This document shows positions 10,232-20,363 of a stretch of 64,000 nucleotides of DNA, piece after piece (position 1 is the stretch's first letter; each line of letters starts with the position of its first letter). The notes below the pieces were generated by a model. It was not told the DNA's origin, made no database searches, and worked only from the letters and a program-made list of their open reading frames with translations. The translations under genes were made by a program, and so were the position numbers. Origin of the DNA: Candidatus Hydrogenedentota bacterium (GTDB lineage Bacteria; Hydrogenedentota; Hydrogenedentia; Hydrogenedentales; SLHB01); NCBI GenBank assembly GCA_963668025.2, contig CAXXTH010000010.1:256001-320000 (forward strand), written 5' to 3'.

Positions 10232-11896
10232 ATGCGTTCAGCTACTACGTTTGTAGTCGCGGCGCTCCTGGGTGCATTCATGTTCACGGGGCCTTGCCCA
10301 GGCGCGTTCGCACAGGAATCACCCACGCCAGGCCAGCCATTCGTGGTCTTTTGTCCCATTAATGAGATGGTGGACGACGGCCTCGTGGTGCTGGTCAAAC
10401 GGGCCGTCAAGGAATCTGAAGGGGCGTCCGCCCTGGTGTTCGTAGTGGACACTTATGGCGGCTTGGTGGATTCCGCCATCGAGATCACGGAGGCCATTCT
10501 CGAAGCGCCGTGCCCGACCGTAGCGTTCGTGCGCGGCAAGGGGGCCATCTCGGCGGGAGCCATCATTAGCTTCGCCTGTAAAACCATCCTCATGACACCG
10601 CCGAGCATCATCGGCGCATCGCAGCCGGTCATCCCCTCCGCCGAAGGCAACATGCCCACGGGTGAGAAAGAAGTGTCTTTCCTGCGCGAGAAAATGGCGG
10701 CGTTAGCGGAAGTGAACGGCCATAATGTCGCCATCGGCCAGGCCATGGTGGATAAGGATGTCGAACTGTACGCGCAGCTTCAAGCCGATGGAACCATCCG
10801 AGTGTGGTCGCCCACGTTTGGCGGGGCTTCGGCAGGCGGCGCCGAGCCTTCCGCGCAAGCGGAGAAAGCTGGCGGGCTACTGGACGCCGCACTTGATGTG
10901 ATCGAGCAAGACACCGGCATCCCGATGGATGCGATGCGCGATATCGCCAAAGACACGACAGGCCGGACCCAGTTGGTTTCCCCTGCCGCTCCGCCGGTTC
11001 TGCCGGACGGCATGGAAATCTTTCAGGATAAACAGCCCCATCTGATCTTGGCCAAGGACAAGCTGCTGACACTCACGGCGAACCGTGCGAAAAACTTCGG
11101 GCTTATCCCCGCCACCGTGGACAATGAAGACGGCGTCATGAGCTTTCTGGGATTCAGCGGTGCGCGGAAAGTTCATATCGAGATGACCGCACCCGAGCGG
11201 GTGTTTCGCTGGCTGTCGAATCCCATGGTGTCGGGCATCCTCTTCATGATCGCCCTTGGGGCCATGTACCTCGAGATCAAGACGCCTGGATTTGGGATCC
11301 CGGGTATCGTGTCCATCCTGGCGTTCATGCTCTTCTTCGGTTCCCGTATGGTGCTGGGTATGTCGAGCTGGGTGGACATCGTCCTGGTGGGAGCGGGCAT
11401 TGCCCTGCTGCTGGTGGAGATCTTCATCACGCCGGGCTTTGGCTTCGCGGGATTCGCCGGGCTGCTCTGCATCCTCACGGGATTCGTCCTGTCTTTCACC
11501 TTGAAGGATTTCGAGATCCCTCAGTATTCGTGGGACTTCGACCGCTTTGAAAATGCGGGCGTCACCTTCGCAGTGGCGGGCGTCACGCTGTTTTTGTTCA
11601 TACTGGCGACTTGGAAGCTCCTCCCGCGCACGCCGCTCTACCGGCAGATCGTGTTGCAAGCCTCTCAGCCCCATGCGCAAGGCTATACGGTCCAGACCTA
11701 TAAAGACGTGGAACAAGCCTTGGGCCGCCGGGGCGTGGCGCTCACCATGCTGCGTCCAGCGGGAAGAGGACGATTTGATAACAAGACTTATTCCGTGGTG
11801 AGCCGGGGCGATTTCATCGAGCCCGGAACCGCCATTGTTGTAGTGGAAGTGGAAGGCAACCGGTATGTAGTGGACCCGGTGGAGGAATCGAAATAA
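10232..11896 (+). CDS. Long NfeD family membrane-bound serine protease (YqeZ/NfeD1b-like)
   Basis: Signal peptide; ClpP-like DTYGGLVDSA, AISAGAII; TM region EIKTPGFG; C-terminal OB fold LRPAGRG. Confidence 0.9.
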   Translation: MRSATTFVVAALLGAFMFTGPCPGAFAQESPTPGQPFVVFCPINEMVDDGLVVLVKRAVKESEGASALVFVVDTYGGLVDSAIEITEAILEAPCPTVAFVRGKGAISAGAIISFACKTILMTPPSIIGASQPVIPSAEGNMPTGEKEVSFLREKMAALAEVNGHNVAIGQAMVDKDVELYAQLQADGTIRVWSPTFGGASAGGAEPSAQAEKAGGLLDAALDVIEQDTGIPMDAMRDIAKDTTGRTQLVSPAAPPVLPDGMEIFQDKQPHLILAKDKLLTLTANRAKNFGLIPATVDNEDGVMSFLGFSGARKVHIEMTAPERVFRWLSNPMVSGILFMIALGAMYLEIKTPGFGIPGIVSILAFMLFFGSRMVLGMSSWVDIVLVGAGIALLLVEIFITPGFGFAGFAGLLCILTGFVLSFTLKDFEIPQYSWDFDRFENAGVTFAVAGVTLFLFILATWKLLPRTPLYRQIVLQASQPHAQGYTVQTYKDVEQALGRRGVALTMLRPAGRGRFDNKTYSVVSRGDFIEPGTAIVVVEVEGNRYVVDPVEESK

Positions 11897-12195
11897 TGGA
11901 CGTCCGCACCACATTGATCAAAATGTTGAATACCCTGCAAGAGGATATGCGCACCTTGAACCAGCAAGGAGCGGGATATTACTCGTGCCTGCCCTTCGTG
12001 CGCCGTTACAATAAACTCCTCGAACAATCGCGCACGCTGTTCCCGGGCGGCGATGGGATTATCTCGACGTTCGACGCGATTGAAGAAGTGGACCCGAAAG
12101 AACCCTCCGAGAAGATGAAAGTGCTCCAGGCTATTAAAGTCGAGAGCGGCCAGCTCATCACCTTGCTCGAATCGGCGGGAGGAAGCACGCAATGA
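11896..12195 (+). CDS. Hypothetical helical protein
   Basis: Translationally coupled at both ends (TAATG and ATGA overlaps) inside the nfeD operon. Confidence 0.7.
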   Translation: MDVRTTLIKMLNTLQEDMRTLNQQGAGYYSCLPFVRRYNKLLEQSRTLFPGGDGIISTFDAIEEVDPKEPSEKMKVLQAIKVESGQLITLLESAGGSTQ

Positions 12196-12668
12196 CCATC
12201 ATATGGGTGCTTCTGTTATATATAGGCGGCCTGCTGCTCATCATGGCCGAGTTTTTTGTGCCGGGGGCTATTTGTGGATTTTTCGGCGGGGTCATGGTGT
12301 TCATCAGCGCCACCCTCGCCTACCGCACCTACCCCGATTATGGACTGTTCATCGTGGTCGCCGAACTGGCGGGCGTGCTCGCGGGGATTGTTATGGGTTT
12401 CAAAATCCTGCCCCACACGCGCATAGGCAAAGCCATGATTCTATCGGCTGCCCAGCCCCATGACGAAGGCTGGGTGGCGGTGAAGAGCGACATGTCGCTC
12501 CTCGGGGCCGAGGGCGAAGTATACTCGCCCTTGCGCCCGGCGGGGAAAGTCCTCGTGAACGGAGAACGGCTCGACGCCGTTTCCACCGGCGATTTGATTG
12601 AAGCAGGCGTAAAAATCCGCATCATCGAGGTGCGCGGCAGCCGGATCGTTGTCGAGACCGTGGAATAG
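12192..12668 (+). CDS. Short NfeD family protein
   Basis: TM segments with EFFVPG; C-terminal OB fold LRPAGKV..LDAVSTG..I.V. Confidence 0.88.
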   Translation: MTIIWVLLLYIGGLLLIMAEFFVPGAICGFFGGVMVFISATLAYRTYPDYGLFIVVAELAGVLAGIVMGFKILPHTRIGKAMILSAAQPHDEGWVAVKSDMSLLGAEGEVYSPLRPAGKVLVNGERLDAVSTGDLIEAGVKIRIIEVRGSRIVVETVE

Positions 12669-12671
12669 AAT

Positions 12672-12796
12672 TTTTTTAACACAAAGACACGAAGGCACAA
12701 GGAGTAAATAGTGATTGGTTGTCAAACCGCTTTTGATTTGAATTCAACAGGGTTCTTGAGAGCTTCTTTGTGTCTTAGTGTCTTTGTGTTAAAAAA
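12672..12796. repeat. Palindromic element with arms of three 8-nt units
   Basis: Left arm ttttttaacacaaagacacgaaggcacaagga (12672-12703) matches the reverse complement of 12765-12796 at 29/32 positions. Confidence 0.85.
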
Positions 12797-12857
12797 GACG
12801 TGGATGAGACAGTTATTGCTCGGGTTCGGCGTTCAGCGCTGCGGAAGGAGTAGCGAG

Positions 12858-13343
12858 ATGAAAAACATAACCATTCTGGCCGTGTGCGCCCTGATCGGCG
12901 GGTGTGTGTATACTGTACCGCTGGTGAAGACGCCGAAGATCGAAATCGGCAGTGCGGTGGTAGGCTTATGGGAACTGCAAGAAAACAAAGAATCGCCCGA
13001 GCGCATGCTGGTGCTGCCGCTGAGCAAGAAGGAGTGCCTGGTCTCGTACAGCGACAAGGAGACGCTCTACTTCCGTGCTTGCCTGGCCAAAGTTGCTGAT
13101 AAAACAATCGTACAGTTACAAGTGATTGGTGGCGGCGGTGGCGGCGTTCCCGATGATAATCGGATATACCAGTATGCGGAATACAAGGTCGAGGGTGATA
13201 CGCTCACGGTCCGCATGTTGAATGATGAGGTCATAGACAGGGATATCGATTCCACGCGCGCATTAACCAAGGCAATTAAAAAGCACATCGACGATCCGAA
13301 CCTCTTCAAGGATGCGGGCGTGTTTAAACGAGTGAAGGAATAA
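12858..13343 (+). CDS. Hypothetical lipoprotein
   Basis: MKNITILAVCALIGGC lipobox-like signal; AAGGAG RBS. Confidence 0.75.
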   Translation: MKNITILAVCALIGGCVYTVPLVKTPKIEIGSAVVGLWELQENKESPERMLVLPLSKKECLVSYSDKETLYFRACLAKVADKTIVQLQVIGGGGGGVPDDNRIYQYAEYKVEGDTLTVRMLNDEVIDRDIDSTRALTKAIKKHIDDPNLFKDAGVFKRVKE

Positions 13344-13366
13344 ATGGGTGTTTTGATGCTCTTTAT

Positions 13367-13432
13367 TCACGCGAAGGCGCAAAGGCGCAAAGAGTCGCTT
13401 CCAAGTCTTTGTGCCTTAGAGTCTTTGTGTTG
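13367..13432. repeat. Second palindromic element with 8-nt-unit arms
   Basis: acgcgaag-gcgcaaag-gcgcaaag on the left; ctttgtgc-cttagagt-ctttgtgt on the right, the same unit family as 12672. Confidence 0.7.
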
Positions 13433-13531
13433 GAAAATTGCCAAAGGGTAAAGCGTCCGGAAGGGCGCTTCAGGGTTTAACAAACAGGCGGCTGGGCATA
13501 ACGTCCGGCGGCAGTGAAAGGGGAAATAGGC

Positions 13532-14551
13532 ATGACTGAAATTTTTATGGCTATAATAGGCTTGGTAGTGGTAGTCGCAGGGCTAGTAGCCGTGGCGCTG
13601 CTGCTGTCATTTATCAAACTGTACATCCAAGCATTACTGGCGGGCGCGCACGTGAGCATGGTCAGTCTTGTCAGCATGCGCCTGCAAAAGGTCAATCCGT
13701 ATGTCGTCGTCGAAGCGCGCATTAGCGCGGTCAAGGCGGGGCTGAATGTCTCGACGGACGAGTTGCAAAGCCACTACCTTGCGGGCGGCAATATAATCCG
13801 TGTCGTGCGCGCGCTCATCGCCGCCGACAAGGCGAACATCGATTTGGACTTCAAGCGCGCCACGGCCATTGACCTGGCGGGCCGCGACATCCTCGAGGCG
13901 GTGCAGACGTCCGTGAATCCGAAGGTCATTGATTGCCCGAATCCGAACAAAGGCGACCCCACCGTGGCGGCCGTGGCCATGGACGGCATCCAGCTTCGCG
14001 CCAAGGCGCGCGTCACCGTACGCACCAACATCAAAACCCTCGTGGGCGGCGCGACCGAGGAGACCATCATCGCGCGCGTGGGCGAGGGCATCGTGACCAC
14101 CATCGGTTCGTCGCAGTCGCACAAGCAGGTGCTCGAGAATCCGGACCGCATCTCGAAGACGGTGCTCCAGCGCGGGCTTGACGCCGGTACGGCGTTCGAG
14201 ATCCTGTCCATCGATATCGCGGACGTGGACGTGGGCGAGAACATCGGCGCGCAACTCCAGATCAAGCAGGCCGAGGCGGACAAGCAGATCGCCCAGGCCC
14301 GCGCCGAGGAGCGCCGCGCCATGGCCATGGCCCGCGAGCAGGAAATGCGGGCGCAAGTCGTCGAGATGCGCGCGCGCGTGGTCGAGGCCGAGGCCGAAGT
14401 GCCCAAGGCCATGGCGGAAGCCTTCCGCTCGGGCAACCTGGGCATCATGGATTATTACCGCATGAAGAACATCATGGCCGACACGGATATGCGCGGGAAC
14501 ATCGCGAAAATGGACACGGGCGGTGAAGAACAAAACCCGCAGGGACGGTAG
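13532..14551 (+). CDS. floA: Flotillin-like protein FloA (YqfA/YdfA family)
   Basis: [58 protein letters not shown]. Confidence 0.95.
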   Translation: MTEIFMAIIGLVVVVAGLVAVALLLSFIKLYIQALLAGAHVSMVSLVSMRLQKVNPYVVVEARISAVKAGLNVSTDELQSHYLAGGNIIRVVRALIAADKANIDLDFKRATAIDLAGRDILEAVQTSVNPKVIDCPNPNKGDPTVAAVAMDGIQLRAKARVTVRTNIKTLVGGATEETIIARVGEGIVTTIGSSQSHKQVLENPDRISKTVLQRGLDAGTAFEILSIDIADVDVGENIGAQLQIKQAEADKQIAQARAEERRAMAMAREQEMRAQVVEMRARVVEAEAEVPKAMAEAFRSGNLGIMDYYRMKNIMADTDMRGNIAKMDTGGEEQNPQGR

Positions 14552-14554
14552 CAT

Positions 14555-15208
14555 ATGGGACATGTGTTTGCGGATTTCCAAAATGCCTTGGGGCCGCTGA
14601 TCTTTGTGGCGGTGCTGATTATCAGTGGGATAGTGAATAGCCAGCGAGAGAAGGCCAAGCGCGAAAAAGAGCGCCGCACGTTGCAGGAAAATCTCGATAC
14701 GCGCGAGAAGCGCACCGAGACGCATTCCATCCCCGTGGCGCGCCCCCGGCAGCAACAATCCGGGCAGATGCCTCCTGCACCACGGCGGCAGGAAGCGCCA
14801 CCGCCCTTGCGCCCGGCGCAGCCTTCGCAGGAACAGGCGAAGCCCATTAGCGTGCAGGATTTGCTCAACACGATGCTGGGAGGCATACCGGTGCAAACGC
14901 CGAAGAATCCGCCGCCCATCCAGCCGCAGCAGCGCCGGGAGCCGGTGCAACGGCCGCGGCAACAGCAAGCGCCGCCCCAACAGCCTCAGCGCCGCCCGGT
15001 TCAGGCAGCGCCACCGCAGGCCCGTCCAGCGGCCGCACAGCCATCTCCGGCTCCACGTCCCGTGGCCGCGCAGCAAGCAGCGCCGAAACGCATGCAACGC
15101 CGTAAGAAGCAAGGGTCGTTTCTCGGCAGCCTGGGTGATGTACGGCGGGGGATTGTACTGCGGGAGGTGCTGGGTCCGCCCAAGGCCTTTACGGATTGGC
15201 CCGGGTGA
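14555..15208 (+). CDS. Pro/Gln-rich membrane-anchored protein (YqfB-like position)
   Basis: N-terminal TM, low-complexity P/Q core, C-terminal RRGIVLREVLGPPKA motif typical of genes after floA. Confidence 0.75.
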   Translation: MGHVFADFQNALGPLIFVAVLIISGIVNSQREKAKREKERRTLQENLDTREKRTETHSIPVARPRQQQSGQMPPAPRRQEAPPPLRPAQPSQEQAKPISVQDLLNTMLGGIPVQTPKNPPPIQPQQRREPVQRPRQQQAPPQQPQRRPVQAAPPQARPAAAQPSPAPRPVAAQQAAPKRMQRRKKQGSFLGSLGDVRRGIVLREVLGPPKAFTDWPG

Positions 15209-15260
15209 GCGGATTTGTTGAGCGTGAGGCGTGATGGGCCAGCGAGAGAGGCGCGCCGCT

Positions 15261-16382
15261 ATGCCGGATAATCCCAAGCGCGTGCTGTTGCTGGCGGAAA
15301 GCCCCTACATGGGCGGCATCACGTCGCATATTCTGAGCATTATCCAGGCGTTTCGCGGGCGTAGCGATTTCATTATCACCGTGGCGGCGCTGCCAGGACG
15401 CCGCCACGATAACACCTTGTTCGACGCCTGCCGCGCACTCGATACGCCGGTGCATGTATTTCCCATGCAAGGCGCGTTCGATATCCGCATCATGGGCGCG
15501 TTGCAGCGTTTCGTGCGGAAAGAACGCATCGATCTTGTTCACACCCACAATTACCGCGCCACTCTGCTGTGCGCCCTCGCGGCGCGCCGAACGCCTTTGG
15601 TGAACACTTGCCATGGCATGGCGGCGGAGCCGTCGTTCCGTCTCAAGGCGTGGCAGCGGCTCGAATTGCTCGCCATGCGGCGCAGCCGCCTCTCCATCGC
15701 GCCCTCGGAATTTGTACGCGCCTGGCTTATACGGCAAGGCCTTGCGTCCTCGCGCGTGCGGACGGTCTTCAACGGATTCGAGCCGCGCCAAGAGGAAGAC
15801 GCCGCATGCCGCGACGAACAGCATATTCCCGCTGGCGATCTCGTATTGCTTTATATAGGCCGCTTGGTGGAGGGAAAAGGCGTCGAGTTTTTTATTGAGG
15901 CCCTTGCGGGCCGATCAGACGGATCGGACGGATCGGACCGATCGGGCGTCATCGTGGGTGATGGGCCGTTGCGTGCGGCGCTCGAATCCCAAGCGGCGGC
16001 GCTAGGAGCGCCGGTGCGGTTCGTGGGCGCGGTGCGTGAGCCTGGGCCCTATTACCGCCTGGCCGATGCCGTCGTCCTGCCGTCGCGAATGGAGGCTTTA
16101 CCCATGGCGCTTATCGAAGCCGCCGCCTATGGCAAGCCCGCTATCGCCACGCGAGCGGGCGGCATTCCCGAAGTGGTGCGCGATGGGGAAAGCGGTATGT
16201 TGATGGATTACGGGGATATTCAAGCCTTGCGCCAGGCCATTAAAGACCTGCGCACTCCGGATGTGCGCACCCGCCTGGGAGAAGGAGCGCGCGCCCAATG
16301 GCAAGCCCATTTCACACTCGAACGCATGGCGGACGGCTTGGCTCAAACCTACGAAGATGCGCTTCGCCCGTTATCGGTGTAA
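15261..16382 (+). CDS. Glycosyltransferase family 4
   Basis: DLVHTH, GRLVEGKG, EALPMALIEA (Ex7E), GGIPEVV. Confidence 0.9.
   Translation: MPDNPKRVLLLAESPYMGGITSHILSIIQAFRGRSDFIITVAALPGRRHDNTLFDACRALDTPVHVFPMQGAFDIRIMGALQRFVRKERIDLVHTHNYRATLLCALAARRTPLVNTCHGMAAEPSFRLKAWQRLELLAMRRSRLSIAPSEFVRAWLIRQGLASSRVRTVFNGFEPRQEEDAACRDEQHIPAGDLVLLYIGRLVEGKGVEFFIEALAGRSDGSDGSDRSGVIVGDGPLRAALESQAAALGAPVRFVGAVREPGPYYRLADAVVLPSRMEALPMALIEAAAYGKPAIATRAGGIPEVVRDGESGMLMDYGDIQALRQAIKDLRTPDVRTRLGEGARAQWQAHFTLERMADGLAQTYEDALRPLSV
15911..15946 (+). repeat. In-frame 9-nt tandem repeat (4 units) inside the GT4 gene
   Basis: ccgatcaga cggatcgga cggatcgga ccgatcggg encodes RSDGSDGSDRSG. Confidence 0.8.
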
Positions 16383-17222
16383 AAACGCTTTCGCGCGCGA
16401 CCAAGCGAACAGGGCTTCCATGCGCAGCACCGCTCCGTACAAATCCAGGGGGTAATGCCAGGGTATCCATATTGGGCTGGCCATGAATCGAGCCATCGAG
16501 TAAGCCACGTAGGCCGCAGGATGGCCATGGTGTTCCGCGCACACCCGCAGCCCCATCTCGCCCATGGCGCGAATCCGCGCGGCGGCGGCGTCCCAATCGC
16601 GGGAATAGCGGTGCGTCACACACACAGCCGGGTCATAAAACATCCGCGCGCCCGTGGCGGCCATGCGCAAGCATAAATCCCAGTCCTCGGCGGCGGTGAG
16701 CCGCTCCTCGCGGAATCCGCCCACCTTGTGGAACAACACCGTAGGAAGCAGCAAGTTGAGCGTCGGGGCCGCCTTAATCGGCTTAGGATATGCCCCAAGG
16801 CTTTTTTGAAATCGGTAGTGCATATAGCGTTCGGCGGGCGTTTCGAGGCTAAACGGCGCAATGCCGCCGCAGAGCACGTCGCACCCGTGGGAAGCGCGGC
16901 AATCGAGCATGTGGGAGACCCAATCGGGCGGCGCGGTGGCGTCGTCGTCCGTGAACAAGATATATTCGCCGCGCGCCAGCTTCACTCCGGCATTACGTGC
17001 GGGTCCAGGCCCTTGGTTGACGATACGGATATACCGGAACCGGGCCGGATGGGCCTTCGCGTGTGCATCGAGCACTTCAGGCGTTTCATCCGTCGAGCCG
17101 TCATCCACATACACCGCTTCCCAGGCATCGCCCTCCTGGGCGAGAATGGAGGCGATATTCTCGCGCAACAGCGGTGCGCGATTATAGGTGGCGGCCACGA
17201 TAGTCACAAGCGGATTGGCCAT
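16371..17222 (-). CDS. Glycosyltransferase family 2
   Basis: VAATYNR, VDDGSTD, GPGPARN, FTDDD, EDWDL. Confidence 0.9.
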   Translation of the reverse strand: MANPLVTIVAATYNRAPLLRENIASILAQEGDAWEAVYVDDGSTDETPEVLDAHAKAHPARFRYIRIVNQGPGPARNAGVKLARGEYILFTDDDATAPPDWVSHMLDCRASHGCDVLCGGIAPFSLETPAERYMHYRFQKSLGAYPKPIKAAPTLNLLLPTVLFHKVGGFREERLTAAEDWDLCLRMAATGARMFYDPAVCVTHRYSRDWDAAAARIRAMGEMGLRVCAEHHGHPAAYVAYSMARFMASPIWIPWHYPLDLYGAVLRMEALFAWSRAKAFLHR

Positions 17223-17296
17223 GTGAGGTTCCCCAACATGCAGTGGTTTGCGTTCCATGATATGCTGGAGACAAACCAGCAAGTCAAGGAGCAAGC

Positions 17297-18169
17297 ATGC
17301 GAATGAATATGGCCAATGCGATAACACCGCTGGTGTCGGTGGTATTGCCCACATATATGGGCGATGAGCCACGCCTGTTGTGGGAAGCGGCATCGAGCAT
17401 TCTTGCGCAGACCTGGAAACATCTCGAACTCATTATCGTGCTTGATGGGCCTGTTGGGCTTGAAGCCTGCGCCGCCATCGAAGCCTTGGAACGTGCCGAT
17501 GCGCGCGTGCGCATTATCGCACTGGACGCAAACCAAGGCCCGGCGCATGCGCGCAACGCGGGCATCGCGGCGGCGCATGGGGAGTACATCGCGCTGCTTG
17601 ATGCCGATGATCGCGCCGCGCCGCGCCGCATCGAGCAGCAGGTGCGCCATATGGCAGCCACTGGCGCGGATGTGGCGGGAAGCTGGCACCGGATCGTGGA
17701 TGAACGAGGCGCTGTCCTTGGCCGGAAACAAACGCCCGTATCGCCGTGCGCCGTGCGGCGGTGGATGCCGTTTATCAATCCCATCGCGAATTCCACCGTT
17801 CTGGCGCGCGCTGCCGTGTTGCGGGAAAATCCATTCCCGGAAGGCCCGCGCGCCAAGGGACGCGCGTTCGACGGCGAAGATTATGCGCTCTGGGTGGCGC
17901 TTGCCCTGCAAGGCCGCGTGCTATGCAATGTCCCGGAAGAACTGGCGGATTTTCGCGCCGATGCGGGGTTCCTCGAACGGCGGCGTGGGCTCGGCCCCTT
18001 CCGAAGCGATCTGCGTACAAAACTCAAGGCGGCGGCGCTGTATCCGATTCTGCTTCGGCCAATCTCCTTGGCTGGGGCCGTGGCGACAACCATGTGCCGC
18101 CTTCTGCCGCCGGGCATACTCGCGTGGGCATATCACTTGCGCGCCGCGCTACGATTTGCGAACCACTGA
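17297..18169 (+). CDS. Glycosyltransferase family 2
   Basis: VSVVLPTY, GPAHARN, ALLDADD, EDYALW. Confidence 0.9.
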   Translation: MRMNMANAITPLVSVVLPTYMGDEPRLLWEAASSILAQTWKHLELIIVLDGPVGLEACAAIEALERADARVRIIALDANQGPAHARNAGIAAAHGEYIALLDADDRAAPRRIEQQVRHMAATGADVAGSWHRIVDERGAVLGRKQTPVSPCAVRRWMPFINPIANSTVLARAAVLRENPFPEGPRAKGRAFDGEDYALWVALALQGRVLCNVPEELADFRADAGFLERRRGLGPFRSDLRTKLKAAALYPILLRPISLAGAVATTMCRLLPPGILAWAYHLRAALRFANH

Positions 18170-18445
18170 ATTTATTTGAGTAGTACGTATATTCATCCTA
18201 TGACAGCCGCCTTAGCGAGACATAGCCGTAACCCCATTGGGACCGTTCTTGGGTGCGCATGAACGTAAAATGCATGGCGGGTTTGTCCCGCCGCGCTACA
18301 TCCCCTCTTCATACAACACACGACATGCTACAAAATGATAAAACTATTTCCCAGGCAACGCATCTCGTGATATGATGGAGTCGTTCCCCAAACGCCCATA
18401 TCAGCATTCGGACTCGAAGGGGAAACACAGAAAGGAGAACATGTT

Positions 18446-19093
18446 ATGCATACAATGATGCTGGTTCTGGCTGGCTTTTGCTGTCTTGCCTCCACGGATT
18501 GCCCAGCCAATGGTGCGTCCAAATGCGTGATGGGAACGAATACCGACCGTGGCGGCGTTTCCGTCGTGAACGATTCGAGTTGGAAGGCCATGACTAGCGC
18601 TCCGCTGGATGAAGCGGAAAAGGCGCTTGCAGCGGATGCTGAGCTGGCTTTCCTGCGCCGTATAAATGGCGAGGCGGCGAATATTTTCGACGACAGTTTC
18701 TTCCAGGGCTTAAAATGCCCGCTCTATGTGATAGCCGATCAGAAATTTGAACTCCCCACCAAACGTCCTCCCGAATTCCGTATGGCCAAGGACATGGAAG
18801 AATTGAAACGGATTGCGCGCGAGACCAAACAGGATGCCTACTATGTGCATATGGAATCATCCGGAATGGCGGAGTTTCCTGATGGAACTAAGGGCGTTGT
18901 CATCCAGTATGGATATAGTGTAGTCGACTGGGAGCGAGCCACGTGGGATGCTCTTTCAGAAGCCGAACGAGCGGCGAATCCGGAGCCTAAGTTCCGTATG
19001 TGGCTGTTCGGAGGCGGCTACAGGGTATGCGTCACCCGCGGCGCCCAGGAGAGTAAATTGGTCTTCCACGAAGAACCGATGGTCGTCAGTTGA
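18446..19093 (+). CDS. Hypothetical exported protein
   Basis: AAAGGAG RBS, hydrophobic N-terminus, 215-aa ORF without recognisable motifs. Confidence 0.55.
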   Translation: MHTMMLVLAGFCCLASTDCPANGASKCVMGTNTDRGGVSVVNDSSWKAMTSAPLDEAEKALAADAELAFLRRINGEAANIFDDSFFQGLKCPLYVIADQKFELPTKRPPEFRMAKDMEELKRIARETKQDAYYVHMESSGMAEFPDGTKGVVIQYGYSVVDWERATWDALSEAERAANPEPKFRMWLFGGGYRVCVTRGAQESKLVFHEEPMVVS

Positions 19094-19109
19094 GCCGGAA
19101 CAGTGGCGC

Positions 19110-19634
19110 CTAGACCGCGCCCCATCGCCGGAGGAGCTCATAAAGCACCACGCCGAAAGCCGTGGCCACATTGATGGTGTTTTTAAAGCCATGCATGGGG
19201 ATATGCACGACGGCATCGGATTGTTCGAGCGCTTCCGGCGCGACACCGGTTACTTCATTTCCGAACACCACCGCCACGGGGCGGGGCCATTCATACTCGA
19301 AGAGTGACGTAGAGCCTTCCGCGATCTCGATGGCGACGATGGGAACGCCTTGCGCCCGCAAGGCGTCGAGCGCCTCGGTGGTGTGGGTGTAATGCGTCCA
19401 GGGGATGTAATCGAACGCCCCGAGAGCCGTTTTCGCCAGCTTCAGATTCGGCGGATACGCCGTCATGCCGCACAGATGCATATGCGCCACCGCGCCCGCA
19501 TCAGCCGTGCGGAAAATGCTGCCCGTATTGAACGCGCTACGGATGTTATCGAGCACCACATGTACGGGATTGCGCGGAATCGCATCGAGCCGGTCCGGCG
19601 TGATCATACGGTAGTGTGGTTCCAATTCACCCAT
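19110..19634 (-). CDS. SpoU/TrmH family RNA methyltransferase
   Basis: LDNIRSAFNTGSIFRTAD, VFGNEVTGV, IPMHGFKNTINVA. Confidence 0.92.
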   Translation of the reverse strand: MGELEPHYRMITPDRLDAIPRNPVHVVLDNIRSAFNTGSIFRTADAGAVAHMHLCGMTAYPPNLKLAKTALGAFDYIPWTHYTHTTEALDALRAQGVPIVAIEIAEGSTSLFEYEWPRPVAVVFGNEVTGVAPEALEQSDAVVHIPMHGFKNTINVATAFGVVLYELLRRWGAV

Positions 19635-19649
19635 TCTTGACTCCTATCG

Positions 19650-20342
19650 TCACGGCACATCCTTGCCGCACACCCCATCGATAGTAAGATTCGGATTCGG
19701 CCCGCCGTCGTTGGCGGGGATTAGCTCGTTCCAGCCCAGATACGCCACATGCCCGTCGGCGAAGAGGAAGAGGCGCTTGCCACCCTTGGCGAACCAGCCC
19801 GCATCCGTGGCGAAGGCCGTGTGATTGGCGTACCACTCACCCACGAGGATCTTCTTCGAGGGATGCCGCACGCCCGCCGATCGCTGGGGGATGGTGGGCT
19901 GGGGATTCTGGTAATTGTCAAGTACGCTGTTCATGGTGTTTATTTGCTCAGGGGAGTGATAGAACGCCATCGAGTAGGCGTACGTCGTGCCATCGAAGCG
20001 CGTGCCCATTTCAGAGCGCGGATCGCTCGGGCACCAGAATACGCCGGGATTATCCTTTCCCCGGGGAACATATTCCTCGATAGCCTTGCGCCACCCCCGG
20101 CCCATCCAAAACCACACGCCCGATGAATCGGGGTCGTCCGCGGAGGGATACTTTCCGTCATGTTCGAGTTCATACATGGCGAACGCCAGGCCGATTTGGC
20201 GCAGGTTGTTGGTGCAGGAGGTGCGGCAGGCGCTTTCGCGCGCACGAACCAGCGCCGGAAGCAGAATCGCCGTTAGCACGCCGATGATGGCGAGCACCAC
20301 CAACAGCTCGACCAAGGTAAAACCATGTTTTTGTTGCATCAT
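19650..20342 (-). CDS. Prepilin-type N-terminal cleavage/methylation protein (DUF1559/H-X9-DG type)
   Basis: [41 protein letters not shown]. Confidence 0.9.
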   Translation of the reverse strand: MMQQKHGFTLVELLVVLAIIGVLTAILLPALVRARESACRTSCTNNLRQIGLAFAMYELEHDGKYPSADDPDSSGVWFWMGRGWRKAIEEYVPRGKDNPGVFWCPSDPRSEMGTRFDGTTYAYSMAFYHSPEQINTMNSVLDNYQNPQPTIPQRSAGVRHPSKKILVGEWYANHTAFATDAGWFAKGGKRLFLFADGHVAYLGWNELIPANDGGPNPNLTIDGVCGKDVP

Positions 20343-20363
20343 GCCTCGATTCTAGAGCCATAT

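Noticed and set aside
13634-15277. 547-aa minus-strand ORF, and similar long shadow ORFs at 10877-11914 and 55034-56245
   Set aside because: Antisense shadows of well-supported high-GC genes (floA, nfeD, carbamoyltransferase), with no recognisable motifs.
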